DNA of 124,000 nt from Wallemia ichthyophaga EXF-994. Its lineage: Eukaryota; Fungi; Basidiomycota. Positions within the stretch are counted from its first letter, which is position 1. Each line of letters begins with the position of its first letter. A program made the translations under genes and the position numbers. The notes below the pieces were generated by a model. That model was given only the letters and a program-made list of their open reading frames with translations, did not search any database and had not been told where the DNA came from. The stretch is from the NCBI RefSeq assembly GCF_000400465.1, contig NW_008806276.1, positions 20,001 through 144,000 on the forward strand. Direction: 5' to 3'. Shown piece after piece: positions 1-12,350 of the stretch.

Positions 1-2080
1 TTCATCTTTTATATTTTGTGTGATTCAGCGAAATAAAATTCGATATCACCAGAAAAAAATATGCTGCATCGATTAAAGCAAGAACGCCATGAATCGCACC
101 TAAAACCTTATTGTAAGAGACGATGTTATAGAAAATGGATTCATTACAGTCATCGGTACTGAGACATGAAGGCGGTCAATTGCTAGTGCTTAGGGACTTA
201 AATTATTTACATCTTTAGCTGAGGTTATAAAGTATGCTTGTGGTTTTGTTGGTGGATGTAATGATAAGTGAGATTGCACATACGTTAAAGGTATCTGCGA
301 TGCTGCTTGTGAGTAGTGTCAAAAAGCCGCGAGAGCATGCCGTAGATTACTAAAAATTGTTCTGGTATTCAGACTAGATTTCTTCAGATTTACTATATGA
401 GAGCGCGTACACTAAATTACATTGGCCGCGTATGGTGAGTGAAATCCTGAAAATGTTTGTGCAGAATACATCTTATGCGTCGCAAAAGCACCTCAAATGT
501 TTTATATGCTATGAGGTTTTGATATGCACATGTCTTCGCATAAATTTATTACACGGCGATTAGTCAGAGTGTCCCAATCGTTTGTTTAGTTTATCGAGTG
601 TACATCTAACCTTGACTGGTTATCAATCAGATATAATATTAAACATGCCCTTAATAACCTGTGTGCGTATGACCTAGTGGTCAAGCGGCCCAACTCATTT
701 CACGGGCCTATTTGAGACATCCAAATTTTCCCTTGAACAACAAGTAATCAGCTAGCAGAAATCCTCGATCATGTTGAATGAATCAACTAGAGTCATAACT
801 AGCTCAGTGTAAGGTATACGCAATCTACAAATGACATAAAAAAAAAGTATTAGTAACGGCATGTTTGTCAAGCGTTTGGCGATGCAGAAAACCGCCTCAG
901 TAAGCTCGGGCTGAGTATTGGCAAATTAAACAACGAATATTTTGAAAAATACTTCAGCAAATCTTCAGACAGTTACACACGATCACTCTCGAACAAAGTA
1001 CAGGCCAAGGAAGAGAAAGTCGATAGAGGCTTTGAAAAGACAAAGCAGCTTCTATTTAGCTAGTATGGTACCTCAAAAAATACTGATAGTCTAAAGGTCG
1101 TAATGTACAACAGCGTTACCGATAAATCCGACCAAACAGCCCTATCTTCAGTGGCTATCGACAAGCCCCAAATGTGGTTCTTGAGAAAAAGCGAAATGAG
1201 CTTCTCAAAGCTGCGTTTAGTTTGATTAATTTCGAGGGCGCATCTGAATACGTCGTCGACATATACATAAGAGCGTGGGCAAGGTATCTTTCAAAACAGG
1301 GTATAGGTGGCGTTTATGCACCTGTTTGTCGAGTCAAGGCTCTCTCAAAAGACTAACGGCCATAAAAATAAAGAGAATATTATGTTACGACAGGGTGATC
1401 GCGCATTTGTACAAAGTGTGTCTAAGATTTGCCAACATAGCTTAGATGGTTAAATAACCCCGTGTGTGTCTGCTCAACAAGCTGGCTATATCAAGGTGAG
1501 TAAGTAGTAAGACTCGAGCGATCGAAAAATGTAAATCACCTGTATAGAGCCGAATAAATGAGAATTCGGGTGCTTGAAGCGTCTATCGCTTAGTAACGTT
1601 GGTTTTTGTCGACAGACTAAGCCAAGTCTTCCGTATCTATCCTATAGAGTGCTCCAGGCTGATGTCGGATTGCATTCTCCAAAAAGCGTGTAGAGCGCAG
1701 TTGGAGCCTCAGAAATATAATTCTGGCGAAATGTTGTAGAGCTTATTCAGGGCTGTTTTCCCAAACTTTTTTATTTGGAGATGATCAAACCTCGTAAATC
1801 AGCCATAGTATGTCCATTGGTATGTTGATATGCGCGGTTAATAAGATCTTAAGTACGCGTCAAGCGACTTGAGATATAATGAGTGCTAGGACTATGCAAC
1901 AGACAATACATCAGCGTCTACAATCACATCACAGACGCGGCTTAGTAGCGCTCTTTGTGATTACAGCAGCGGCAACTTTTAAGAAGCGGGATTGAAATAA
2001 CATCAAACAAGCAAATCCCAATTATTTAATTAAACGCTCATTCCTAATCTCATTTCTCGTCTCCTCTATCACAAACTGCC

Positions 2081-4659
2081 ATGGCGATTACAGTGACGCC
2101 TCTTGCAGGCTCTGGGAGGGCGACGAGCGGGGAAATGAAAACCAGCGAGCCGCTTTGCTACCTGATGGAGATGGATGGCGCGCGGATATTGCTTGACTGT
2201 GGGAGCAGAGATTGGGAGGCTAATGCGAACCCGGAATTTGGATACGAGCGGGCGTTGAAGGAGTGAGTGGGGATTGCACGCATTCTAAAGGCTAACAGAC
2301 CGCCCCCAGTATCGCCCCGACTGTCGACCTGGTGCTGATATCGCACGCCTCCACCAAACACAGCGGTCTGTACGCCTACGCATACACGCACTACGGGCTC
2401 ACCTGCCCAGCGTACTGCTCTCTGCCCGTCAAGGAGCTCGCCCGGCTGACGACGCTCGAGGATATCATCGGTTGGCGCAGCGAGAGGGAAATTACCGGGG
2501 AGAAGGCAAGCGAGTCTCCAGACGCAACAGACCAATCGCATTCGCCCCTCTTCGTTCCTACCAGAGAAGAAAACCGCTCAGCGTGGTCGGCAGTCAAGGA
2601 TGTGCGCTATCATCAACCACAGCATCTTTACGGCAAGCTACGCGGTGTGACGATAACGGCGTACTCCTCCGGCCACACGTTGGGAGGCACGCTCTGGAAG
2701 ATCCGCGCGCCCTCCGTCGGCACCATACTCTATGCAGTCGGGCTCAACCACATGAAAGAGCGCCATCTTGACGGCACAGCGCTGATACGCGGTGACCAGG
2801 GGGGTCTGAGCGTGCACGAGCAGCTAGTGCGGCCTGGACTCGTCATTACCGACAGCGAGCGCGGTGACTGCGTCAATGCCAAACGCAAGGACAGGGATGC
2901 AGCGCTGCTCGACTTGATCAACCGCACTCTCCAGAACAGCAACTCCGTCCTACTTCCATGTGACCCCACCACGCGTATCCTTGAGCTACTCGTCCTCCTC
3001 GACCAGCACTGGTCGTATATCCGCGACAAGCAGCCATCCTTCCGCGTCCCACTCTGTCTCATCAGCAACACGGGCAACGACATGCTCAAGTTCGTCCGCG
3101 GTCTGATGGAGTTCTTCGGCGGGGCTACTGCTGCTGGCGACAACACCCTGCGGCAGGGCAGGGGAGTATTAGAATTCAAAACACTCAATATATTCACCTC
3201 AGTTGACGCTCTCGAGGCGACCCACCCGAACACCCCGAAAGTCGTCCTTGCGGTGCCGCTTTCCATGTCTTATGGCAGTTCGCGTAGGCTGTTCAGCTCT
3301 TTTGCAAGCACGCCGGGCAACGCGGTAGTACTGACCAGTCGCGGGATGGCAGGGTCGCTTGCGCGCGACATATTCGACCGCTGGAATAGCCGCCAGGGCG
3401 ATTCGCAGTGGGGCAGCGGGAGGCTGGGCGCGATGGTACATGGTGATTGGCGGGTTAACATTACACAGCACTCGAAAATTCCTCTGCTGGGCCAGGAGCT
3501 GGAGGCGCACCAGGCGAACGAGCGTCTCGCGCGCGAGCAAGAGGCAGCCAAACAGGCTGCAGATTCGCGACGCCGCAGGATGATGGAAGCGGATGCCCAG
3601 GAGGCGGACGAGGAGGAGGAGGAGGACGATGAGGACGACGATAAGGACTCAGACAAGGAGGATCAGAAGGAGGAGGAGGTGCAGCAGGTCAGCTTCGATA
3701 TCTTCCTCAAGGGTCACTCGACCCGCGGTGCAACCTCCTTCTTCAAGACCGCGCAGGGTTCCGCACCGCGCTTCAGGATGTTCCCTTTTAACGATACGAA
3801 AAGAAAAATGGATAGCTACGGTGAGGTGATTGATGCTGATAGTTGGGTGAGCCGGGGTAAGGAGATGGAGCGCCAGGCTATCGAAAGGGATCAGGAGCAC
3901 GAAGCTAAACGGAGGAAGATGGAGGAGGAGGCAGACGCGACTCCCATAGAGCCACCCTCAAAATACATAAGCGAGCAAGTGGAAGTAGATGTGCGATGTC
4001 AGATCATGTACGTCGATCTTGAAGGTCTTAACGACAGCAGGGCGATCAAGAATATAATGCCCCGTCTCAACCCGCGCAAGATGATTCTCGTAGGGGGTTC
4101 TCACTCTTCATCCCACTCGCTTATCGGTGCATTCGATGCCATATCGGCCATGACCAAGGATATATACGTGCCTGCTATGGGCGAAACGGTAACGATTGGC
4201 GAGCACACGCACAGTTACACGTTCACTCTCGGGGACAGCCTCGTTAATAGCGTGCATATGGCTCCATTCGAAGATTTTGTCGTAGGTCACGCCATCGGCA
4301 CGATGAAATACCATGAAGAGGCCCTCGTGCCGACTTTCGAAGAAGCAGATGCGCGTGCTGCACAGGACAACTCACGCGCATTGCCCACATCTCTCTTTAT
4401 CGGCGACATGAAATTGACAGCTCTCAAAGCCAAGCTGGTGGGGCTGGGAATGAGTGCTGAGTTTGGTGGAGAGGGTGTGCTGATATGCTGGAATGACAAG
4501 GATGGTGCTGAGGATAATGCAGACGGTGCAGTGGCCGTGTCGAAGAATACCAACGGTGAACTCAACATTACGTCTAGTTTGATAGGTGATGGTGACATAT
4601 ACTACACGGTACGCGAGGCTGTGTACGGGATGCATGCTGTGATACCGACGCCAGCATAA
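2081..4659 (+). CDS. CFT2: Cleavage and polyadenylation specificity factor subunit 2 (CPSF100)
   Basis: Exon 1 MAITVTPL..LLDCG. Intron 2263-2309 (GTGAGT..GCTAAC..CAG) joins it to IAPTVDLVLISH. MBL/beta-CASP motifs SSGHTLGGTLWKI, IYAVGLNHMKERHLDG, DLEGLNDSRAIKNIMPRLNPRKMILV. Confidence 0.93.
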
Positions 4660-4745
4660 CACGAGAAGAAAAAGAAAAAGAGTATTGTAGATTATTTAAG
4701 GGTATTTCAAAAGTGTATTTCAAATACCACCACATCACACTCCAT

Positions 4746-5658
4746 ATGGAAGGAAAACTGCAACAATACCCTAATCCAAACAAGTCGCCAAATCTAGGAC
4801 CGCTTCCTATGTTCTTGAGCGGCGACAAGGCGTCTGCACAAGTGGTGGTGTTTGTAGCGGGGCTGACGAACACGCTACTGAGTGTGCCATACGTCGCGCC
4901 ACTGAGCGAAGCACTGGAGAGAGAAGGCTGGGGGCTGTGCCAGCTGTTAACCAGCTCTTCAGGCTACGGCTTTGCGCATGGTTCACTAGACCGGGATGTG
5001 CGAGAGATATCGAGTGCGCTGGGCGAGCTGCGCAAGCTTGGGTGGGTGTGGATTGTATTAAGAGGGGTGCATAGCAGCTCACGCTCGCCACAGCAAGCAA
5101 AAGATAGTGCTTATGGGCCACAGCACAGGCTCACAGGATGTGGTGCACTACCTTACCGCCGACGGACAGCGTGAGCGTGTAGACGGCTGTATTGCTCAGG
5201 CTCCCGTCAGCGATAGAGAGGGGATTGACGATGGTATAAGGTCGCATATCCCCCTCGCTCTGCAGATGATGAAAGAGGGGAGGGCTGATGAGGCTATGCC
5301 GCGCGATAGCTGCAGCTGGTTCGCTACACCTATCACAGCTTATCGCTTCCACTCCCTCTTTGCAGAAGGTGGCCAAGATGATTACTTCACTAGCACTCTC
5401 CCGGATGATGCGTTTGAGCGCGTGTTCAGTAGACTGAAAGCACCATTGGCTCTCATTTTCAGCGGCGCTGATCAGTTTGTGCCCGCTAGCGTGGATAAGG
5501 AAGCGCTCGCGAGGCGTATGCAGAGTTGTGGCGGCGAGAAAATCAGAGTAAGCACAGTCGTACCAGATGCCAAGCATGACTATCAGGGGGGCATGGATGG
5601 CAGCAGGCCGACACTAAAACTAATTGAGGTGGTTTTGGAGTTTTTAAAGGGCTGTTAA
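4746..5658 (+). CDS. Alpha/beta hydrolase, DUF1749/UPF0613-like
   Basis: VVFVAGLTNTL..VPY. Intron 5042-5093 gives KQKIVLMGHSTGSQD (G-x-S-x-G elbow). QAPVSDREG, DDYFTS, FSGADQFVP. Confidence 0.85.
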
Positions 5659-5694
5659 CATATAGAATGCATGTTAGTTTTCTACAAAACACTT

Positions 5695-6519
5695 CTACTC
5701 TTGTTTTACACCACCCTGATTACCCCTCCCACTCCACCACACAGCCCACGCAGCTTGGATGGCAGCTAACGGCGGACAAAGCCACTGGAGAAGATACCAA
5801 TAGCGCGTCCTGGCGCACCACTCACTCACCACGCCATCCACCTCTCTATACGTCTCCTCCCTGCTGCTATCGTTGTGCACCACCTGATCAGCCATATCGA
5901 CCTTGACGTCGATGGGGAGCTGTGCGGCTATCTTCTTCTGTGCATCGTGCTCGCTGATGCCATCTCTCTGCATGAGTCTGTGCAGCTGAACATCTTGAGA
6001 AGAATAAACCAGTGTCCTCACCCCCACGTAACGATGCAGATTGGCTTCAAAGAGGAGGGGCACATCGAGCACGACGACACGCGACAGACTCGCATAAGCC
6101 TTGAGCACCTGATGAGCTGAGCGGTAAGCAGTGCACTCGTTTCACAGCGCTCACCCACCTCCCACGCTGTCCGCTTGAGTATTTCCGGGTGGAGAACACT
6201 CTCTATCCACTTCTTCTCGGCCTTGTCGTCGAAAAGGATACGCGCGAGTGCTGGGCGGTTAAGAGTGTGTTGATTGGATGGCTCATCCCATTTCAACACT
6301 CTGTCGCCGTAGCGGTCGGCTATGCTGCGCAGAGCTGGGGTGTTTGGCTCAACGACCTGCCTGGCAACGCTATCTAAATCAATCACTCGCAGCTTGTGCT
6401 CCTCTCTTAGTCGCTGCGTCACTGTCGATTTACCCGTGCTGTGTGGACTGTTGAGTCGTTGTTATAAACTGCGCACTCCAGACACACGCTATTCCGCCAG
6501 TTAATCCAACGACTAGCAT
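5695..6519 (-). CDS. CAB5: Dephospho-CoA kinase
   Basis: Spliced N-terminus MLVVGLTGGIATGKSTV (P-loop), IDLDSVARQVVEP, VVLDVPLLFE, RLMQRDG, IAAQLPIDVK. Confidence 0.92.
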
Positions 6520-6795
6520 CAACATAGTCAGCTGTGTCTGATGCTATGATGCTATCCCATTCACCCACCCAGCATCCTGATTGTACAAAGTCAAGAAATC
6601 TCAAACCAACGAGTCACACGATTCAAACTACATCTAATTCTCGTTTGTACTTTATCAATCGGTCAATGTGTAAAAAGAAAGCTCGGTGAAAAATTAGGGG
6701 AAAAAGTGGAAAGTGAAAAAGTCAAAGTGAAGAAATCCATTTGGTATATCTTGTATTACTCTAGCAACTATCCAAGTTGCTGTTTTTATTGGTGT

Positions 6796-7868
6796 TTACT
6801 GTGCCATCTGTGCATTTATCAATGACGATTTCCTCTTATCCACGTCCTCCTGCACTCCGTACAAAGACAATCTCTTATTAAATTGAGACAGCGAATCAGC
6901 AAAATCGTCAGCATGGCTCGTCAGCCCGAGCACCTCCTTAGGACACACCCCTTCCATGCCCTTAGCCAAGTGGTGGATGGAGCACCAACCATCATCCCAC
7001 TCCCTGACAATATGCACCTTATCGCCTGGTATGAGCATAATCTCATCTGGCAGACTAGGAACGAACTGCGTAGTAGCGGTAGCTTCTCGTCCTTGCGTGA
7101 TTGAAATCTGTGAGTTAGTTAGTTGGTTGGTGATGCTTTTCGAACAACTCTGCCACCCACCGGCATTGGTATGTAGGCAGATGAACGCTCTACCGTATTG
7201 TCTAAAGGCGTTGGCGAAGTTATCTCCTCTGGTATGACGGGTCCACCGCCGAAACTTGCATTTGATTGTCCAACAAGGCCGCGATCGCCAGTGAATTGCA
7301 TCCTAGAACCCCTCTGCAGAGTCTTCTCCTGCCTCTTGCGCTTCTTGAAGATTACCAGGCTGATTAACACGAGGATGGCTATGAATGCGGCTATTCCAAC
7401 GCATATACCCGCTATGCTGCCGCCAGAGAGGCTATCAGAGGAGTCTTCGATGTTAGCTGTGTTGTCGGGGGTGGAAAGTGATGTGTTTTCTGGTGAAATC
7501 GTTTCTGAGGGGGTTGTATTTGATGGGGATGTGTTCGATGATGATTTGTTTGATGGTGATACGCTCGGTGAAGTTTCTGGAGAATTTTGATTGCTTTCTG
7601 TGGTATTATCCTCTTGTTCGGTTGAATTTGCGTTTGCGACTGGATTTTGCGTATCTTGAGTATCTTGAGTATCTTGAGTATCTTGTGTGTTTGGTGTATC
7701 TTGTGTATCTGGCGTATCTTGTATGTTCAGTGTATCTGGTGTATCTGGTGTACCTTGTACATCTTGGGCACCCTGCGCACCTTGCGTTACTTGGGCAACA
7801 GGAGGAGGACTGTCTGCAGTAGGTGAAGCAGTGGGAAGAATATTCGCAGGAATTCCACGCCTAATCAT
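6796..7868 (-). CDS. Single-pass membrane protein with S/T/D-rich ectodomain and C-terminal SH3 domain
   Basis: QDT microrepeats, then TM GGSIAGICVGIAAFIAILVLISLVIF-KKRKR. After a GTGGGT..CAG intron: FVPSLPDEIMLIPGDKVHIVREWDDGWC..EGVCP (SH3). Confidence 0.8.
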
Positions 7869-8115
7869 CCTCGACGCCTTCCTCTCCCGCCCGTGGTTAT
7901 GGTAATGATTGTGAATTGAACTCTGCATAAACGAGCGTATATTGTAATGTAACTATTTAATTGAATATCGTCCCGCGTTATTCAATCCTTTTTCTTTTTT
8001 TTTTCGTTTTCCCCGTTGGTTGCTCTCCTCAAACCACCTCGCCGCGTGCGAGCCTCAGTTTCACTTTAACGTCAGTGCATTCCTCGCTGAAAAGTATTTT
8101 ATTTATTTAATCTGT

Positions 8116-11100
8116 TTACATATTTACTGCTACGTATTTATTGCGTGCTGCTTTCTTCCCTTTTCGTTGTATTGGTTGTGTTGGTTGTGGTGCATTTGGT
8201 GTAGGTGGTGTTCCAGCAGGTGTTCCAGCGGGTGTTCCAGTAATTGCCGTACTTAGTGGTCGTGGTGGTGGCGGCGGCATTACACCCGCTCCACTCCCAC
8301 TCCCACTCTCTCCCTTAAGATCCATACTCACGCTGTTTTTCAGCGCACTCGCTCCCCGCGTCCCAGCCAATCCCGGCGACACAGTGCTAGAGCGTGGAGG
8401 TGGCGGTGGCATCCTAGGCGACGCAGCAGTCCCACCTTCACTCCCACTCTCATTCGCCTTATTCACCCAGCGCTTCTGATCAGGATCGTAGTAAAACGAA
8501 GACTGCTCACCCAGCTTTGCCTTTACTGGCCCTCCTCCTTGGTTTGTATTCTGCTCATCCTTCTTCCACCACCTGCTCAGCCAACTCGATGAAACTGATT
8601 GTTTGAGTTCTGTTGGGTTCGTTAGTATGGTGTGCTGGTCAATAACTCTCTTTACACACCTGGTCGCTTCTCCTGCCTTCCCTTGCTCTCTTTATTTTCT
8701 CCCTCTTTCTCCATCTTCTCATCCATCCGAGGCGTGCTGGCGGGAGTCGTCGAGCGCGAAAACCACCCCGACTTCTCTTGTTTACCGGGTGCAGGTGCAG
8801 GTGGTGGTGGCGGTGGAGGTTGATATGTTGCCGCAGTTTTCTCTTCTTCTCCATGATGCCCCTCATTATCCTTCTCTCTCATCTCTTTCGCTTTCTTGGT
8901 CGAACTGTTGCCGAAACCGAGGTCATCTTCCAATTCATCCGCCTCGTCTATTTCATCAATTACGCGAGGACTGATGTACGCATTTGCATTTGAATTCTCT
9001 GTCGTCGTTGTCGGGATTGGAACATCCATCGAATCCATAAGCGAGACGAAATTTCCTCCCTCACTTTCATCCAGTTCTTCAGGCGCATTAAAGTCTTCAC
9101 TCGCACTTGTCGAATGACCGAATGGCGATGTTATAGCTGGTTGAGCAGGTGGTGGTGGGGGTTGAGAGTGTGATGAAGGGGGCTGGGGGTGAGGCTTTAG
9201 CTGCGACTGTGATTGTGATTGTGACTGTTGCTGCGCTGGTGAAACATTCCGCACTGGTTGAGCAAGTGGTGGTGGTGGTGGTGGTTGCATTTGCGCAGGA
9301 GGCGGAGGTGGGGGTGGTTGCATCTGTTGAGTGGCAGGATGTGGTTGCATTGACGTTTGCAGCGGCATTTGCACATTCTGCAAATCTTTACCAAGCATCT
9401 CTCCATCTTGTGCCACCCCAACCCCATTAAATTCATCGCTAAAGGGCGGCGTTACAGCTGCACGAGTAAAGCCCTCTCTATCTTCACCCTCCATTGGTGA
9501 AGGAAGGTCGCGCAGGAGGTTGTGCATGTTACCTAGCCCGTTGGCGATGGTATTGGCATTGGCAGTGGCCACACCACCTAATCCACCCATTGCACTCGCA
9601 GCTCGAGGTTGTCCAAGCGCACTGCGTGCACCGGCTGCACCGCTAGCAATGCCAGGAGTGAGGTATGACGGGCTGTGTGAGGCGCGTCTATCGAGCAAGC
9701 TCATACCCTCACTCATACCCGCACCCGCGTTTTCACCAGCAGCATTACTATAATTGGGTAAATCAAAAGCCGAGACTGCGCGACTGAGTCGACCGTTCGT
9801 CGAAGACTCGTCTATGCTGGTAAACGTAGCGAAGGGGTCATCCTGGGTAGTTTTCTGTGCGTGCGTTGTTATAGCATTCTCGCCCTCTTCGTCATTCCCA
9901 GCTATAAATTTGGTCAGCTTCCCCTCCATGCTATTCCACAATGTGTCTAGAGAAGGACGAGCTATTTTCTTTGTTAGCCACGATTTGTCCGCTGTGTGCA
10001 GATGCGCTGCTAGTCTGTCGCTCAGTTCCTTTAGCTGGATATAAATGTTGGGGTGGTATTGGAGTTGCTTGGACATTTTGATAGATGTTGCTATTGCTTC
10101 ACAGTACCTGCGATTAGTAGTAGTCAGCTGGTGCATCTCGCCTTTAGCTACATCATGTATCACCTACCTATTCGCATCATGAAGTCGACCAGCTTCGGCG
10201 AGATGCCAAGCATGTACGAGTTTGTAAATCTGCAAGTGTGGCATACCGCTGTACTCGCCGCGCTTCACATGCGCCTTCATATGCGGATTGAGGCTGAGAG
10301 CGTACTCGAGAATCTCGCTCATTTCGCACGACTCGTCTGAGTAAGCGTTATGTGCGCACCCCACCAAATTGAGACGCACTTTGTCCACACTCTGCGCAAG
10401 TATGTAGACCGTGTGCGCGCCATCCACTTCACCCACCTCCGCAAGCCTGTCACCTAGCTCGGACAGCGCGTGTTGTGCATCGCTATTGTCTAGATTGGAG
10501 ACGAGCGTCGCGGCCGTCGCGCTCCAGTTGCGCGTGTCACTCGGTGTGTTTGTGCTCCTGAGCGTACCTGCAAAGAGACCGTATGCAACGCGCAAGCTGT
10601 CCCAGTTTTTGGTGTTGTGGGTGCTGCCTGTGTTATCGTTGCCACTGCCACTGCTGCTTGGCAACTCATACGCTATCAACGCACTCACAACCTCCGACCA
10701 CAGCTGTCTGTCGACGCATGAAGAAATGAGCAGAGCATGCGACCATAGCTTGTGCTCGAGTGCATACATGACCGCTTCGCGCTTGGCCCCCTTCACGAGG
10801 AATTGTTGGATTGCACCGAGATGGCCCGTCGTCGTGCAGTACGTCGCTACAATGTCCGCACTGTCTTCAACAGCATAGGGGGTCTGCGATGACGGGAAAG
10901 GCTTCATGTGTGGGGACGTCTCGTCGGCAGGCACAGTGATTTGGAGACCAGATGGAGCGCGTTTGTGGGAGTGCGCGTTAATGTCGTCCGAGATGAGTGC
11001 ATCACGTATTTCTTCACTTTGGCGGGAGCTCAAAATACCATCATGGATGAGCATTACCCTAAGCACCTTCAGCAGAGCCATTTTCGGATACGTTGCTCCA

Positions 11101-12308
11101 GTGCTTATCTTGTTATCGAGGTATCGCAGAACTTGGGACTTGGTGGTATGGGAATTGCCCAAGAGTGGGCCTGGGAATGGTGGTGAGAGGTCTGGGGGTA
11201 GTACGCTGGCCAATTCGGCAATGTTGACAGTAGACGGAGTTGGCTGAGACATGCCCAATGTTGAGGGAGTGAAGGGTGATGCTATGGGAGTTGAGGGGTT
11301 GTGGATAACCAGTTTGCCACCAAAACCGAAAGAGACTATTGGGGCGTTTGAGAAGGTGTCTTGGGTGGGGTGGGGTGTTTGACAGTTAGATCGTGGCTCA
11401 TACTGTTGTTGATTGGTCGCAAGACTTGGATCATACTGCTGTTGAACAGGTACGGCTGCTGGTGAAAGAGCAGGAGCAGGAGTAGTGTAAGCAGAGTGTT
11501 GTTCAGAATACAAATCAGACTGTTGCTCAGAGCCCCGCTCGGCAATCTGCCCAGAAAATTGCTCATAAAGTTGCTCGGGCTGTTGAGTGATTGCTGGTGG
11601 GGAGTAGATGGACTGAGGGTGCACAGGTGGGGCAGTTGGAGCTGCTGGTGGTGGTGGAGAGTATCCTGATTGTTTTGGCGGTGGCTGCGTAGGCGTGGAA
11701 TAGAGTGATTGTACTGGGGGTTGTTGAGTGGCTTGCTGAGTGGCATGTTGAGTGGTTTGAGTGGCTTGTTGAGCAGGTGGAACGTATACTGATTGCTCTG
11801 AGTATAATGGCTGCTCTGAGTACGCTGGTTGCTCTGGATAAGCTGGTTGCTGTTGAGCCGTAAGATAATGCTCCTGCGTTGGCTGTTGATAGAGATAAGA
11901 TGGCGTATACTGTGGTTGCTGTTGCTGCTGTTGCTGCTGATACTCCTCCTGCTGCCATGGATCATCTACACCAACGAGCTGCTCAAAAGGCTCCTGAGTT
12001 TGTTCAAGGTCATTATCCCCATTATTCCCTTGAAAATAAGCAGAATCGGCTAGAAATTGGTCATGGTGGGTAGAATTAAAGGGTATGTCATCGTGAAGAG
12101 GTGCATCTCCACGCATCTCTGGTTCATCTTTATGCATCTCTAATCCGTCTTCGCGTATCTCTTTATCAAAATGAAAATCGAAATCATCTGGATACCAGTA
12201 AACCCAATTGCCTGCGTCATCAAAGTAGCCGTAGCCGTAGTCCTTTAGATAAAGTACACCATCTGGAATAAAGAAATTAGCAGATTTAGGAGAAGCGGGG
12301 ATGTTCAT
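8116..12308 (-). CDS. SEC16: COPII coat assembly protein Sec16
   Basis: [45 protein letters not shown]-terminal [26 protein letters not shown] and RNKYV. Two introns join the ORFs. Confidence 0.9.
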
Positions 12309-12350
12309 CGATGATGGTGGTTTGGGATCAACCCTTAAGACGCTACTTCC

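Noticed and set aside
7640-7760. GTATCTTGA 9-bp repeats and other CAG/CCA/GCA microsatellite-like tracts
   Set aside because: They encode ordinary low-complexity QDT, polyQ or polyP protein segments.
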